Shown here: positions 26,256 to 38,957 of the stretch, one piece after another
Numbering within the stretch: position 1 is the first letter of the stretch
Layout: the number at the start of each line of letters is the position of its first letter
Origin: Selaginella moellendorffii
Lineage: Eukaryota > Plantae > Lycopodiophyta
Length of the DNA: 64,000 nucleotides
Assembly (NCBI RefSeq): GCF_000143415.4
Contig: NW_003314271.1
Location: 1,260,204-1,324,203 of the forward strand
Reading direction: 5' to 3'
Program-made: the position numbers and the translations under genes
Notes under the pieces: generated by a model
The model's input: the letters and a program-made list of their open reading frames with translations, nothing else
What the model was told of the DNA's origin: nothing
Databases searched by the model: none

Positions 26256-28215
26256 TCAAACTCTATATTTCTTTCGTAGAGCTTCCCATTTTTCTAGATC
26301 TTCCATAGGAGCAGGAAGCTTTTCCCAGAGGTTTTGGATCACTGCAAAGATTTCACTATCAATGCCAAAGAGAAAAAAACATTCTCTGGAACTAAAGATT
26401 GCTCACCACTTTTGTCGTTGTGGCTCAAGCACATAATTGTCATGCTGAAGCGGCCAACTTTGGTGAGATTGTCAAGAACTTGAGCAACCAAAACGGTATC
26501 CTCGCTGCAAAACAAACTTACGAGCTGACTAAACGATCCAAAAAACATAGCCAAATCTTACTTGACCAGTGTTTCTAGAGTTCTTATAATGTCCACCATC
26601 AACGTAGCGCTCAGAGCGTCTCGGAAAACTTTGGGCAGCGAATTAGGATCCATGAGCTGCACTTGCAATACCCCTGCCTTAGAACAAAAGGAAAACTTTT
26701 GAGGCTCTCTGTATTACCTTCAACAGGCGTGCTTTGGTTCCAACGTCGTCACCAAAGCCTCTCCATAGCGTCTCAAACTCGTAAGATGTCTTGGGAGCCA
26801 CCATGTGTTGCGTGACAGCGTTCATAGCAGTTGCTGCAGCCCGGATCGTCGACGCTTGCATCGCCGCTTCATCTTTTACCTGGAAATCACAAGCAACGAG
26901 TTTAGTTTTTTTTTGGCAAGAGATATTAAACTCTTTCGAACCGGTTGCTTGCCGTTTGAAGTTTGGGAGGAGGTCTTCTTCATGCTCTCGGCTCCATTAA
27001 TGGCTTTGATGGACGGTCTCTGGACTTGAAGTGTTACTTTATCTTCGGGTGGGCGATAAGCATTCTTCTACAAGAGAAACCGTGTGAGAAACCTCAACTG
27101 AACACTGAACTCTCAACACACCTTTTCATACAAAGCTTTTGCTTCTTCGTACTGCTTTTGAAGGTCCTTGTTGTGCGGTTCCAGCCGGAGAGCAAATTCA
27201 AAGTCTACGAAAAGAGATGTGCTTGGCGTCAGTGTTCATAGAAATATAAGAAAATGGCTACCTTCCACAGCTCCCAAAAGTTTGTCCCGTTCTCTTCTGG
27301 CTGTACCTCGTCTTGCATATGCCTTCGTGTAGCGATCATCCAGTGCGATAGCCTCTGAACAATCCATTTCAGCATCCTCGTATCTAAACTTAGAGCACAT
27401 AAGCACATGAATAGCAAAAATCAGTATACCTTCTGATTTTCAAGAGTGCCATGGCCCGATTGGCATAAGCCACGGCTGTTGGATGCAAGCCAATGCTCCG
27501 CGAGTAGCACTCAATCGCCTGCACGTACTTCTTCTCCTTGAAAAGTTCGTTTCCCTGGAAAGCGAGTGTTAGCCACGCAAAAAAAAAGAAAGAACATATT
27601 TTCCTTCATTTCAACTCACAAGTTCTTTCTCCGTTACAGCATCGGGGAGCGAGCCTTTCTCGAAATCAGGCTGGACAGCCTCGTTGGAGAAAGTCTGTGG
27701 AGTACCTTCGGCCGCATAGTCATTTTCTTTAGACTTGGATGCCACTTTCTCTTGCTCGTTTTCCTCGTCAACCTCTCGCAATGCAGCATCCTACTAAAGC
27801 TTTGGTCAGAACAAAGAAGAAGGAACCAAAAAAGAAGAAGAAATTCTATCACCACTCACCACATCAAATTTGTCCCACTTGTCCCGGAAGTAATCGTAAG
27901 TATGCTTTGCAGCATTCACAGAAGGAGCTGCTTGAGCTTGAGCTCTTTTCTTCTCTCTCACGGGACGCAACTGCAAAGAAGTAAGCTCGATTCTCAGAAC
28001 CAATGGAAGCATTGTCGCTCCTCAATACCTCTTTCACTTGATCCTGAGACTTCGTCTTGAGCTCATTGTCTTTGTTCTTCACTTCTTTTTCCCAGTCTTG
28101 CAATCCTCTGAGAAAATCGTGAAGCTCCTGTGGAAATCGAGATCTTTTTTGAGCGATCGATCCAGCTAAGAGCTCTTACCTGCGTGTTCTCTCTGATTTG
28201 CTTCTGTGCGTCCAT
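26256..28215 (-). CDS. RPAP3: RPAP3/SPAG1-like TPR co-chaperone (R2TP)
   Basis: MDAQKQIRENTQELHDFLRGLQDWEK; YDYFRDKWDKFDV; TPR GNELFKEKKYVQAIECYSRSI..YANRAMA; C-terminal PKTSYEFETLWR and KVGRFSMTIMCLS. Confidence 0.88.
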
Positions 28216-28491
28216 GGCGCCCTCTCCACAACCTAGCAAGTACACATAAACCCTAAAACCAAAATATTTCCATCGATGCTTCTTCACTCGCCCGTGTTCT
28301 TGGCGGTAAGCGCAGCGCCGCGCCCTCTCTTCTCCGATTCCCACGCCTCCTGTGCAGGATTTTCGTGCGGCTAGCGGCGCTCTCCTCGGCAATCCCTCCG
28401 CGCTTCCGCGATTCTTGAGGTAAGCCGGCATAAAAATCGCATTCTATTCTCCATGTTGCTTCCCTAGGCGATTCCATCCCTGCATTTTCCA

Positions 28492-29199
28492 ATGCGCATA
28501 GACGTTGTGATTCTGGGTGCTAGCGGTGTGCTGCTGCTACTGAGCTTTTGGAATTTTGGCAGCCCGCTGATCGGCCGAGTCTCGCAGGCCTCTTCTTCCT
28601 CCGGCGTGAAGTACCATCAATCCAGGGCCATGGCTCATGAATCCCAGGCCGCTCCAGCCCCTTCCATCGTTGTTTATGTGACAGTTCCCAACAAGGAAGA
28701 AGGTCTCAAGAGCTTTTTTGTCTGGTTTCTTTGTATTTATGCTAGACGATTGTTCCAGGATTCAAATTGGCGTCAAGTATCATCACCAAGAAGCTCGCTG
28801 CTTGTGTCAACCAAATCCCCGGTAAGAAAAAATTTGAGATGCTACAAAGAATTCTTTCATTCATGTATTTTCTTATTTAAACAGGTATCGAATCTACATA
28901 TTGGTGGGAAGGCAAGGTACAAATTCTTTGGACGCAATTTCAACTTTTTCTCTTGTTTCATCTTGGTTTTAAAAAGGTCGAAACGGATTCGGAGGTGTTG
29001 CTGATAATAAAGACGAAGAAAAGTTTGCTGGACGAGCTTACTGCACATGTGATTCAGAGCCACTCTTACAAGTAAGAGTTTTGTTTTGAGTTCTTTGCTT
29101 ACTTGTCTGCGTAATTGCAGGACCCCTGAGGTAATTGCTCTTCCGATCCAGGGTGGAAATCCGGCGTATCTCAAGTGGATAGAGGAGAGCACGAAATAA
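28492..29199 (+). CDS. CUTA: CutA divalent-cation tolerance protein
   Basis: [67 protein letters not shown]. Confidence 0.93.
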
Positions 29200-29407
29200 A
29201 ATGATGCTCAGGTTAATCTTCAAGCAATAGTAACGTTCTGTTTCTTGCTGCATCTCGTTTTTCAACGTTTTCCCTGTCTGTTATTTCCTGCCATATACTC
29301 CCTGGTTGTTTTGATTACTGTGTGATTTAATAGGATACATAGAGGAGTAAGATGACCCAGCAACAGTAGCCACAATAAAAAAGAAAATCAAGTAAGCTGT
29401 TCTTATT

Positions 29408-32400
29408 ATGAAAACTTTCGTCTCACTGTCTCATTTTGCAGCAGATATGGTCAAAAGGAGCATATCCTCAGTCCTATACGCACTGAAGCTGTGCATGAGC
29501 TCGCGAGATCTTTCAAGGGCGAAGAAAATTCACGCTGATATCATCGAGAATGGACACGAGTCGGACCTCTTTGTTGCAAGCACGCTGGTGACTGTTTACT
29601 CAAAATGTGGTAGCCTGGTGGACGCCTGCAATGTTTTCAACAAGATGAAGTGCCGAGACGTGGTGGCATGGAACAACATTATTCTGGCACACGAAGAGAA
29701 TGGGGAGGCTCAGGTGGCTCTGGAGCTGTTTGAAAGAATGGAAAAGGAAGGGTTCTCTCCGGGTGCTAGAACCTTTGTCGCTGCTCTCAAGGCTTGCTCA
29801 AGTGTTGCTGATGGAGAAGATGGCACCCCACTAAATGTGAAGATGCAGTCACTAGAGAAAGGGATGGTTCTTAACTCGCAAGCGGCAACCAGAGGTTTTG
29901 TTGAGGATACTTACGTCTCCAACACACTCGTGGATATGTATGGAAAGTGTGGGAGCATGCTGGAGTCACGCAGAGTTTTCGACTCGATGCGAGGTCACGA
30001 CGTAGTGTCCTGGACTGCATTGATCCTGGGGTATGCTGATAACGGGGAACCGGACTTGGCTTTGCTTATCTTCGAAGGTATGAAAGCCAAAGGTTGTCGA
30101 CCAAATGCTTTAACTTTTGTTGCTGCTTTGAAGGCCTGCGTCGGTCTAGTGCTCAAGGAAGAAGAAGGAAAGAAAGTTGATGGCAAGGCCGCGTGTTTTG
30201 GGAACGGTGTCCGTGTCCACTCTCAACTAGCAGCCTATGGATTCGATTCAGACATCCTGGTAGTCAACACTCTGATGGATATGTACTTCAAGTGTGGACG
30301 TCTGGTGGAAGCTCGAGCCGTCCTTGAGTGGATACCTTCACTGAGCGTAGTCTCCTGGACAGTGTTGACGCTGGGCTATGCTGAAAACGGGGAAGCTGAA
30401 CTGGCTCTTGACTCATTCTCTCGGATGGCTGCTGAAGACTGCCTGCCAAACTCCAGAACCTTCATTGCTGCTTTTAAGGCCTGCAATCTCCTGGCCGCAC
30501 GGGAAGACAGCAAGGAAGTTGACGGACAGAGCTTGAAAGTTGGAAGTTTGAAGAAAGGCATAGCTCTCCACTCAAGAGCTTCAAAGATCGGTTGTGACTC
30601 GGACATCTTCCTCGCAAACACTCTGATAGACATGTATGCGAGCTGCGGGAGCATGATCGATGCGTGGAAAGTATTTGCCAAGATGCCTCGACGTACCGTA
30701 GTCTCCTGGAACGCACTGATGCTCGGCTTTAGCGACAACGGACAACCCGAGCAAGCTTTAAGTTCATTCTCACAGATGGACTGTCCGCCGGATTCTCTAT
30801 CGTTCGTGGCTGCTTTCAAGGCTTGTGGCAGTCTGGCAGTCAAGGAAGACGGGAGAAAAGTCGATGGGAAGCTCATTAAAACAGCGGCCTTGCAGAAGGG
30901 ACAGGAACTTCACTCACAGGCAGTAGAGCTCGGCCGTGCATCGGACATCCTGGTCGCCAACACCTTGCTGGACATGTACATGAAGTGTGGAAGCGTAACA
31001 GATGCTCTCAAGGTGTTTGAGGGGATATCTCCGCGCACGCTGGTTTCGTGGGCCGTGCTGATACTGGGCTATGCCGAGAACAACGAAGGTGAGCTGGCTC
31101 TCGAGTTTTATGAACGCCTGAAACTTGAGCAAGGCTTCCTGCTCGATGCTTTGACGTTCGTTGCGGCGCTCAGGGGCTGCACAGGCGTTGCTGTGAAAGA
31201 AGTGGGGACACAGGTCGATGGGAAGCTTGTGAAACAGCAGGCTCTGAAGACCGGAATGGAGATTTACTCTCAGGCATCGAAACAGGGATATGGAGTGGAC
31301 CTGCTCGTCACAAGCACACTGCTTGACTTGTACACAAAGTGTGGGAGCATGACAAACGCTCGGGAAGTCTTCGAAAAGATGCCGGTCCACAACTCCGCCT
31401 CTTGGAACTCACTGCTGCTCGGGTACGCAGAGAGCGGCCAGGAGCAGGTGGTTTTGGAGCTCTTCGACGCCATGAAGCTTCAAGGTGTCGTCCCCGACGT
31501 CCGGACTTACGCCGCGGCACTGAAGGCCTGCACAAACCTCGCAGCAAAAGAGCAGGGAACTCTAGTGAATGGGAAGCTCGTCAAAGCGGAGAGCCTGGAA
31601 AAAGGAATGGCGATTCACGCGCAAGCAGCCGGCAGCAGTGGCGGCATGGACATGTTCGTCTACGGCACTCTGGTGGACATGTACGCTAAGTGTGGCAGCA
31701 TGGCGGACGCGAGCAGAGTCTTCCTTGGCATGGAGGTCCACGACGTGGTCTCATGGACGTCGCTCATGGCGGGATACGCAGACAACGGAGAGCCCGCCAT
31801 AGCTCTGGAGCTGCTCGACTCCATGGACGCACAGGGCGGCGCTCCAAACGCTCTCACTTTCCTGGCGACGCTCAAGGCCTCCGGAGCCATCGCCGCGATC
31901 CAGGCCGCGGTGGGAATCCACGGCAGGATCTACCGGTCAGGGATGGAGAACAGCACCCTGGAGACTTGCCTGCTCGACGCCTATGGAAAGTCTGGGAGCA
32001 TGGATCGAGCGCAGCGGGTTTTCGACCATTCTAGCGCCTCGACGAGGAATCCAGTGACTTGGAACGCGCTGATAGCCGGCTACAGCCGGCATGGCGACAC
32101 CGAGAAGGTGTTCCACTGGTTCCAGCGGATGCTAGACGAGGGACTCCGGGTGGACGCCATCACCTGGACGAGCGTTCTCTCGGCTTGCAGCCATGCCGGT
32201 CTGGTGGACAGGGGCGAGGAGTTCTTCCGGGAGATGTTGTCCAGAAGCAGCCCCGGGATCGAGCACTACCACTGCGTGATCGACATGCTCTCGCGCTACA
32301 ACCGATTGGAGACTGCTCTGGCGATGGCCAAGGCGATGCCGTGCCAAGCCAACGAGATCACTTGGACCACCATCTTGGGCGCCTGCTGGAAGTGGAAGAA

Positions 32401-32521
32401 TGTGGAGGTGGCCAAGGTGGCGTTTGAGAGCTTGCAGGAATTGGAAGGCGGACCAGTGGAGGGCGCTGGTTTCGTGCTCATCTCCAACATCTACGAGACT
32501 ATGAAAGTTGGCGAACAATAA
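29408..32521 (+). CDS. PLS-class PPR protein with E domain (no DYW), L motifs carry an insertion
   Basis: Repeated TLxDMYxKCGS..A..VF, VVSWxxLILGYA and TFVAALKAC motifs; C-terminal EHYHCVIDMLSR and ITWTTILGAC. Confidence 0.93.
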   Translation: MKTFVSLSHFAADMVKRSISSVLYALKLCMSSRDLSRAKKIHADIIENGHESDLFVASTLVTVYSKCGSLVDACNVFNKMKCRDVVAWNNIILAHEENGEAQVALELFERMEKEGFSPGARTFVAALKACSSVADGEDGTPLNVKMQSLEKGMVLNSQAATRGFVEDTYVSNTLVDMYGKCGSMLESRRVFDSMRGHDVVSWTALILGYADNGEPDLALLIFEGMKAKGCRPNALTFVAALKACVGLVLKEEEGKKVDGKAACFGNGVRVHSQLAAYGFDSDILVVNTLMDMYFKCGRLVEARAVLEWIPSLSVVSWTVLTLGYAENGEAELALDSFSRMAAEDCLPNSRTFIAAFKACNLLAAREDSKEVDGQSLKVGSLKKGIALHSRASKIGCDSDIFLANTLIDMYASCGSMIDAWKVFAKMPRRTVVSWNALMLGFSDNGQPEQALSSFSQMDCPPDSLSFVAAFKACGSLAVKEDGRKVDGKLIKTAALQKGQELHSQAVELGRASDILVANTLLDMYMKCGSVTDALKVFEGISPRTLVSWAVLILGYAENNEGELALEFYERLKLEQGFLLDALTFVAALRGCTGVAVKEVGTQVDGKLVKQQALKTGMEIYSQASKQGYGVDLLVTSTLLDLYTKCGSMTNAREVFEKMPVHNSASWNSLLLGYAESGQEQVVLELFDAMKLQGVVPDVRTYAAALKACTNLAAKEQGTLVNGKLVKAESLEKGMAIHAQAAGSSGGMDMFVYGTLVDMYAKCGSMADASRVFLGMEVHDVVSWTSLMAGYADNGEPAIALELLDSMDAQGGAPNALTFLATLKASGAIAAIQAAVGIHGRIYRSGMENSTLETCLLDAYGKSGSMDRAQRVFDHSSASTRNPVTWNALIAGYSRHGDTEKVFHWFQRMLDEGLRVDAITWTSVLSACSHAGLVDRGEEFFREMLSRSSPGIEHYHCVIDMLSRYNRLETALAMAKAMPCQANEITWTTILGACWKWKNVEVAKVAFESLQELEGGPVEGAGFVLISNIYETMKVGEQ

Positions 32522-32965
32522 ATAATGGAACTATGGAAATTAGGACTTTCTTAAAGGTGTTTATATTAGGGTTTTGCTATATATATCTTGTCTAAAAGGT
32601 TGCTTAAAACAGAGGGTGATTTTCAGGTTTTTTTCGCAAAGAAAGATGTGAAGTTGGAGGTGATATGGAAGAGGAACTTGCAGAAGCAACTATGAGGTCC
32701 ATGCAGGAGGCTGGATTCCATCCCAGAGTAAAAAGCAATGCCCGATCGCTTCCTTCAGGATGCGGATAAAGAATCTACTCTTTATTAGTCATGTTAATTC
32801 TCAGTCTTGCAATTTCAGGCAGGAACTTTCATCTACATCCAAATTAGGTTAGCTTGAGGCTTGACAAGTGTTTTTTCTCTCTGTTTGAGCTCTCTCGACA
32901 GGTCTTCGCCTTCGATCCCTCCCTCCATCCATCCATTCCATCGAGCAAGCAGTAAAGCGAGGATC

Positions 32966-33817
32966 ATGTCGGGCTCCACGCTAGCGGCGGGGTCGAGAGT
33001 GGCGCCAGGGGGCAGAGCTCACGGCGGTCTCCAGGAGCTCGCCCAGGAGTCGGGCTCGCTGGGCGGGGTCACGGGATCGCTCCGCGTCATCCAGCTGCAG
33101 CTCGTGGCGTTCATCGTTGTCTTCTCGGCCAGCGGGTTAGTCCCTCTTTTGGATCTTGCATTCCCGGTTTTTGCATCCTTGTACGCGCTCTTCCTGGGAG
33201 CGGTGGTGTTCCCAAACTACCACAGACGCAGGAGCACCGCGCCCGTGTTCAAGGGGAGCCGCCTCTTCCAGCTCTACGTGATCTTCGGGACTGTGATTGG
33301 CTTGTTCTTGCCGCTGGGCTATGTTCTAGGGGGATTTGCAAGGGGTGACCAGGCATCCGTGCGAGCCGCCACTCCACACCTCTTCCTGCTCTCGGTCCAG
33401 ATTCTCAGCGAGAACTTGATCAGTGGGCTTGCGCTCTTCAGCCTCCCGGTGCGAGCTCTCCTGCCCATCATGTACACTGGTCGCCGGCTCATCGCCTTGT
33501 CTTCGTGGGTTCACGTCACCTTGAAGGCGAGTATACCACCTCAACATGATTTCCAGGTATGGGAGTTCTCTCTCTCATTTTTCTTTTGACATTCCTTGGT
33601 TTTTGTTTACCCCCCCAAGAAAGCTGCGTGGGTGTGGTTTGGACGGAGTTTAGCCATCGCCAACTACGTGTTCTACTCCGTCAATCTGCTGGGATTTTTG
33701 ATCCCCCTGTTTTTGCCCAGAGCTTTCGAGCGCTACTTCCAGGACAGGGACGAGTACTACAAAGAGAAGGAGCAATCGCCCGCCACTGCTCGGGGGCCCG
33801 AGAAGAAGTCGCAGTAG
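32966..33817 (+). CDS. Conserved plant multi-pass membrane protein of unknown function, one intron
   Basis: GSLGGVTGSLRVIQLQLVAFIVVFSASGLVP, LFLPLGYVLGGF, ATPHLFLLS, FLIPLFLPRAFERYF; several hydrophobic segments. Confidence 0.8.
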
Positions 33818-34559
33818 AGAGTATAACCTTGGTCGGTGTCTCTTTTTTTTTCTTATTTCTCTTCTTGGTTGTAAGCTAGAACTAAGTAAGAACTGGTAGC
33901 TATCTTACTGATGTTCTCACTAATTGTCATCACATCGCTAAATTTTTGCTGGACAAAAGGGAGAGGAAGGGCAAATTTGTGTATAATGTTTTTTTGCATA
34001 GAAGATTTGGCCTTGGTACAATGTTTCCAATAAGTTTGTACTCAATGCTTGGTTATAATTATAACCAGTAATTATAACTGGTTATAAATAAAGGTATGAC
34101 CTTTAAACAAAATGTGGGTGATGCTAAAAATAGTTCTAGCTAGAATTATTCAGACTTGAAAATTTTTATTTTAAAACTTTCAAAAACATTGGAAAAATAA
34201 ATTTATAGCTTTCACTTGCATAAGTTTGTGCCAAGGGTGGAGAAACCAAAGGATCTCAGCTCTCGTGGAGGTGATGCTGAGACACAGGATCTTGTGGTCG
34301 TAGACTATGCATTAGTGAATTTGAATCATATAGCTTACCAAGTTTAAAATATTGCTTAGATATATTTGATAAACAAGTTTATAGTCGATTAACAACATTG
34401 CACTGGCACAGGTTTGGATTCGGATCAACATGGAGAGGGCAGCAAATTGCGGTATTTCATACATATTTCTATCACGATACACAAGAGCCATTAAGCTTTG
34501 GCAAGGTGACCAACTTTCTCTTTTTCATGACGGCCCCCTTTTCATCCAAGGCCTCGCAG

Positions 34560-34720
34560 TTCAAGTGCTGTCTCAGCTTGGCTTCGTATAGACCTTTACG
34601 GGACGTTCTCGAGATTCTTCTATCTCCCATGTCTACTGGAAATCCCGTCCAAAGAACTAGATACTCTCTCTTGGTCGTAATAGCCCCTAGTATCAATCAC
34701 TCGTTCTACACGTAAACATA
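34560..34720 (-). pseudogene. Frameshifted chromodomain relic
   Basis: Minus-strand pieces VERVIDTR / KREYLVLWTGFP / TWE / ENLEN across frames. Confidence 0.4.
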
Positions 34721-35676
34721 CTCCCCCAGGAAAAAGGATATTTCCAAAAAAAGTAATGCCCTAAAAGATCCCGATGAAACCTGAGGAATTCCTCGTCTTC
34801 TTCATGGCTGCTTGTTTGACGAACTTCTTCAGGTGTTGCCCGATCGCGCCACCCTGGGTTATCGAAAGCCTGCGAGAAAGCGAGAAGCCTTTGCAAGGAG
34901 TGCAAAGAACCAAACGTCCTGCATCTCATGAGCGCATCCAGGTTCCCGGTGTTCAAGGTTTGCGGAATCACGCCCCTGATCAACACCACCGGCCTGGAGA
35001 CGTTCAAGATCAACGACAACATTGCAAGAGGGTGCTCCTCACAATCGCTCTACTGCTCGATCCAGTGTAAGTATCGCTGCAATGCCGATCTCGTGCGAGT
35101 CATCCAGTCTAGAGTTCGAGACCGTGATCCTGGAGATCGGGAGCAGCAAAATTTTTATGGAGAATCGAGAAGCCCAAGAGGAGGTTGATCAAGAAACCCA
35201 AGGAAGGTCACCAGGTGAATCAGACGACGGAGTAAGAAGCTGACTGGAAGATCGAAAACGAAGCTGTCGGCGGGATCCTTCGGCACTGGAGCAGAAGGAG
35301 AGAGAGTACTGGACGTGTCCGAAGGATGGAATCGTAAAAAGTGTAATCTTCTGTCTACAATTTGGAAATATGCTCACTTGGACCTCACACTCTTGATTTT
35401 TGTCATTTTAAAAGATTTCTACAGTAAATTTAATTGTGTGAATTCGTCTACCGTCATTTTTACTGTTAGACGCGGTGAAAGAATCGAGACTTGGACTTTA
35501 CAACCTCGGACTTCGTAATTATTAATTTAATGTTTATAGTCCTTATGGTCGTCCCACTGTGATTTCTCTGAGTACGTCATGCAATGATCTCTTGCGATTC
35601 TCTTACAAGTCATGCAATTATCATTAGTTTCAATCTTGTTCCCAAATAGATGCTAAAACTATGCTAAGCTTGCTTT

Positions 35677-38600
35677 TTACCGGGGTTTTATGACGAAACC
35701 AGGACGATTTGCAAGGTCATCTAGTGTCATTTCTTTCCTCATGCTGCTGCTCCCTCCTGATCTTATTCTTCTCAGCACAGCCTCTACGTCGCCCATCAAT
35801 GGACGCTCCATGTAACTGTGGCTCGAGCACAGCAATCCCAAGTTGATGGCCTGTTCCACCTCCATCCAGTTATCCTTCGTCAACCCCATCGATCTATCCA
35901 CGACTGCACCAAACTCATCCGGCCAGCAAGAAGAAACCCAGCCCTGAATCGTGCCACCATGAAACAAGCTGTTCGTGGGTGCCAATCCAGTGATTAGTTC
36001 CAGCAAAATCACTCCAAAGCTGTAGACGTCGCCTCTCACGGATGGCTTCGAGGCATAGCCATATTCTGTGGTCACAGATCAAAGTTGCGAAGTTTAGAAA
36101 GATTGGAAAGATCGGAAGAACTTAAAGAAAGCACACCTGGTGGGATATATCCAAGAGTGCCTCGAAGCATGAGCGATACGCTCGCGATCTCCTCACTCGT
36201 CTCCAAGAGCTTGGAGATGCCAAAGTCGGCGACATGAGCCTCATAGTCTGCGTCGAGGAGGATGTTGCTAGGCTTGAGATCGCAGTGGACAACCGGAGGA
36301 TCGCAGCTCTCGTGGAGGTACGCGAGCGCTTGAGCGGTCCCCAGCGCGATGTCGAGACGCATCGCCCAAGTGAGCTTGCAGGGCGTCTTGTGGAGCTGCA
36401 TTTCCAGGCTTCCATTCGGCATAAAGTCGAGGACGAGCGATCGGTTGCGGCAGTAGCCCAGCGTTTTGACGAGGTTGCGGTGCCGGATGCTCAGGATGAT
36501 CCGGAGCTCTTTTGTGAACAAATTGGAGCTGATCGAATCCGGGAGCAAATCCTTGAATCTCTTCACGGCTGCGGCGCTTCCATCGAGCAAGGTGGCCTTG
36601 TACACGGTTGAGGTTGCCGTGACGCCGAGAATGTTTTGCGCGGCGTATCCATCGGTGGCGTCCCAGAGCTCGGTCACGGAGAACTCTCGCAGTGTTGTCC
36701 TGAGTTCCAGCTGATCATCTAGTTCTTGTGCTGCTTCGGAGATGCTTTTAGCTCGAAGAAAGGATGGACGCCAAGAGAAGCAACATATGAAGCTTGCAAT
36801 CGTGGCAGCGAGTAAAACCGGGCCTCCGATCGCGAGTGCTAGAAGAATTTTTCTTTTCTTATGATGATCGCGAGATCTCGTGGTCGTGGTGCATGGCTTT
36901 GCGATGATTCTCCCGCAGAGCTCTGGGTTTCCTTCGAAAGACGCTGCGGAGATATTAGCAAAAGATGGTATTTCACCGGAGAAATCGTTGGAGGAGAGAT
37001 TTAAGTGCTCGAGCTTTTGCAACTTGGCCAAGAACTCGGGAATCTTTCCAGTCAGGCGATTGTTAGATAGATCCAGGCCTGCAAAAGTATCGAGAGTGAG
37101 ACCGATAGAATCTTTTTTCCTAAAAGATATACCACCTTGAAGGCTACTAAGCTGGCCAAGTTCGTCGGGGATAAGGCCAGAGAGCTCGTTGGAAGAGAGA
37201 TCAAGAGTGTCGAGTTGAACACACTTGGAAATTCCGCGTGGAATTCCTCCAGAAAGGTTATTCCCGGAGAGATTGATTTTCTCCACCATCGTCATGATTC
37301 CAATCTCCTCCGGTATTTTCCCTTGGAGCCGGTTTCCAGCCAGAGAGAATCCAAGAGCCATGCTTGGAAAATTCAAGAGCGATCGAGGAATGGTTCCAGC
37401 AAACAAATTCGACGAGAAATCCAGCAAAGTGAGCTTGAAACACGCGTTTAGGCAGTCGGGTATCCCATCACCCAGGGAATTCCTCGAGAGATTCAGGTGC
37501 TCCAGATTGGAGAGGCCACAGAATTCCCTGGGTATGCTCCCGTTCAAGAGATTTCCACTGAGATCCATCTCCACGAGTGATTTGCACGAAGAAATCTCCA
37601 CCGGAAGCACTCCTTCCAGCTTGTTTCTCTGGAGGAACAAGCCTTGGAAAGAGCTAGCGCTCAAGTTGCCAATCTCTGGAGGAACTCCACCTGTGAGCTG
37701 GTTGTCATGGAGTCTCAAGCTCCGCAAACTCTGGAGCCTGCCAAGATCGTGCGGGATCTCTCCCGAGAAAGAGTTTTGCGAGAAATCCATGTTGATAAGC
37801 TTGGAGCAATTCGTGATGCTTCCGGGAATGCCGCCGCGAAAAGCGTTTGCCGCAAACGACACGTAAGTGAGGTTTTGGAGATGGCCCACTGGAAAATCCT
37901 CGAGCGATCCCGTGAGCTGGTTTCCCGTGAGCTCCAGCGTGAAGAGGCGGCGAATTCGCGCGATCTCCAGAGGGACCTCGCCGGTGACGTTGTTGTAATA
38001 GAGCAAGATCCGCGAGAGCGAGGAGCAATTGGCCAGAGATGGCGGTATCGATCCCGAGAGGAAATTGTAGTCCAGGCCCAGAGTCTCTAGCGATTGGAGG
38101 CGGCCGAGCGATGGAGGGATCTCTCCCGTGATGGCGTTGCGGAAGAGGAAGAGGAACTGGAGGCGCGAGCAATTGGCGAGCGATGGAGGGATTCCACCCG
38201 AGAAGCTATTGCCGTTCAAATTCAGGAGCTGGAGCTCGCCGAGCTCGCCGATAAAGGATGGAATCTCGCCGGTGAGATTGTTCTCCTCCGCCGCGAAGGT
38301 GGCGAGGCTGGAGAGATTCGCCATGGAAGCTGGGAGCCCTCCAGTGAGATTGTTGTGGCTGAGGTCGAGCTCCTGGAGCCCCGAGCAATTCCCCAGAGAT
38401 GGAGGGATCGCTCCTCCCAAGCGATTAGAGCTGAGGTCCAGCGTTGCGATCGATGGCGAGCAGAGCCCTAGGCTGGGCGGCAGAGCTCCGCGGAGAAGAT
38501 TGGCCGAGAGGTTGAGAAAGACCAAACCTCGCAAGCCGCCGCCCAGGAGGGGCGCAATGTTGACGCTGTGATCATCCATCGCCACGCTAGCACCGATTTG

Positions 38601-38861
38601 GAGACCGCCCAAATCGATCCTGGCGATGGACCTCCCGCTTCTGCCACCGCCATCGCAGGTGATCCCCGTCCAATTGCACACGAGCTGCCGCGAGCCCGCG
38701 CTCCAATCCGCGAGAGCGCCGCCGCCGCCACTCGGTACCACGCTGCGCTTGAATTCCAGCAGCGCATCGGCCTCCAGGAACTGCGAACTCGCTCGAGAGA
38801 AGAAGAAAAAGATCCACGAAACCACGAGCGCGGGCAAGCCGCCATAGCCGAGAACTTCCAT
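35677..38861 (-). CDS. LRR receptor-like kinase, non-RD (FLS2/EFR-like LRR-XII type), two exons
   Basis: Signal peptide, about 20 LRRs (LxLSxNxLxGxIP), TM segment, kinase with VVHCDLKPSN (CD, non-RD), DFG, GTLGYIPP/EYG. Confidence 0.93.
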
Positions 38862-38957
38862 CGTCTGTTCGATGGAAACGGAGGACCCGTCAACGTTCCC
38901 GTACTATTCGCGTTTGACTAGAAAGTCTTGCCGCGTCATATTAAATAAATATATGAC

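Noticed and set aside
37225-37866. Plus-strand ORFs inside the LRR-RLK
   Set aside because: Typical antisense shadows of LRR codon periodicity.
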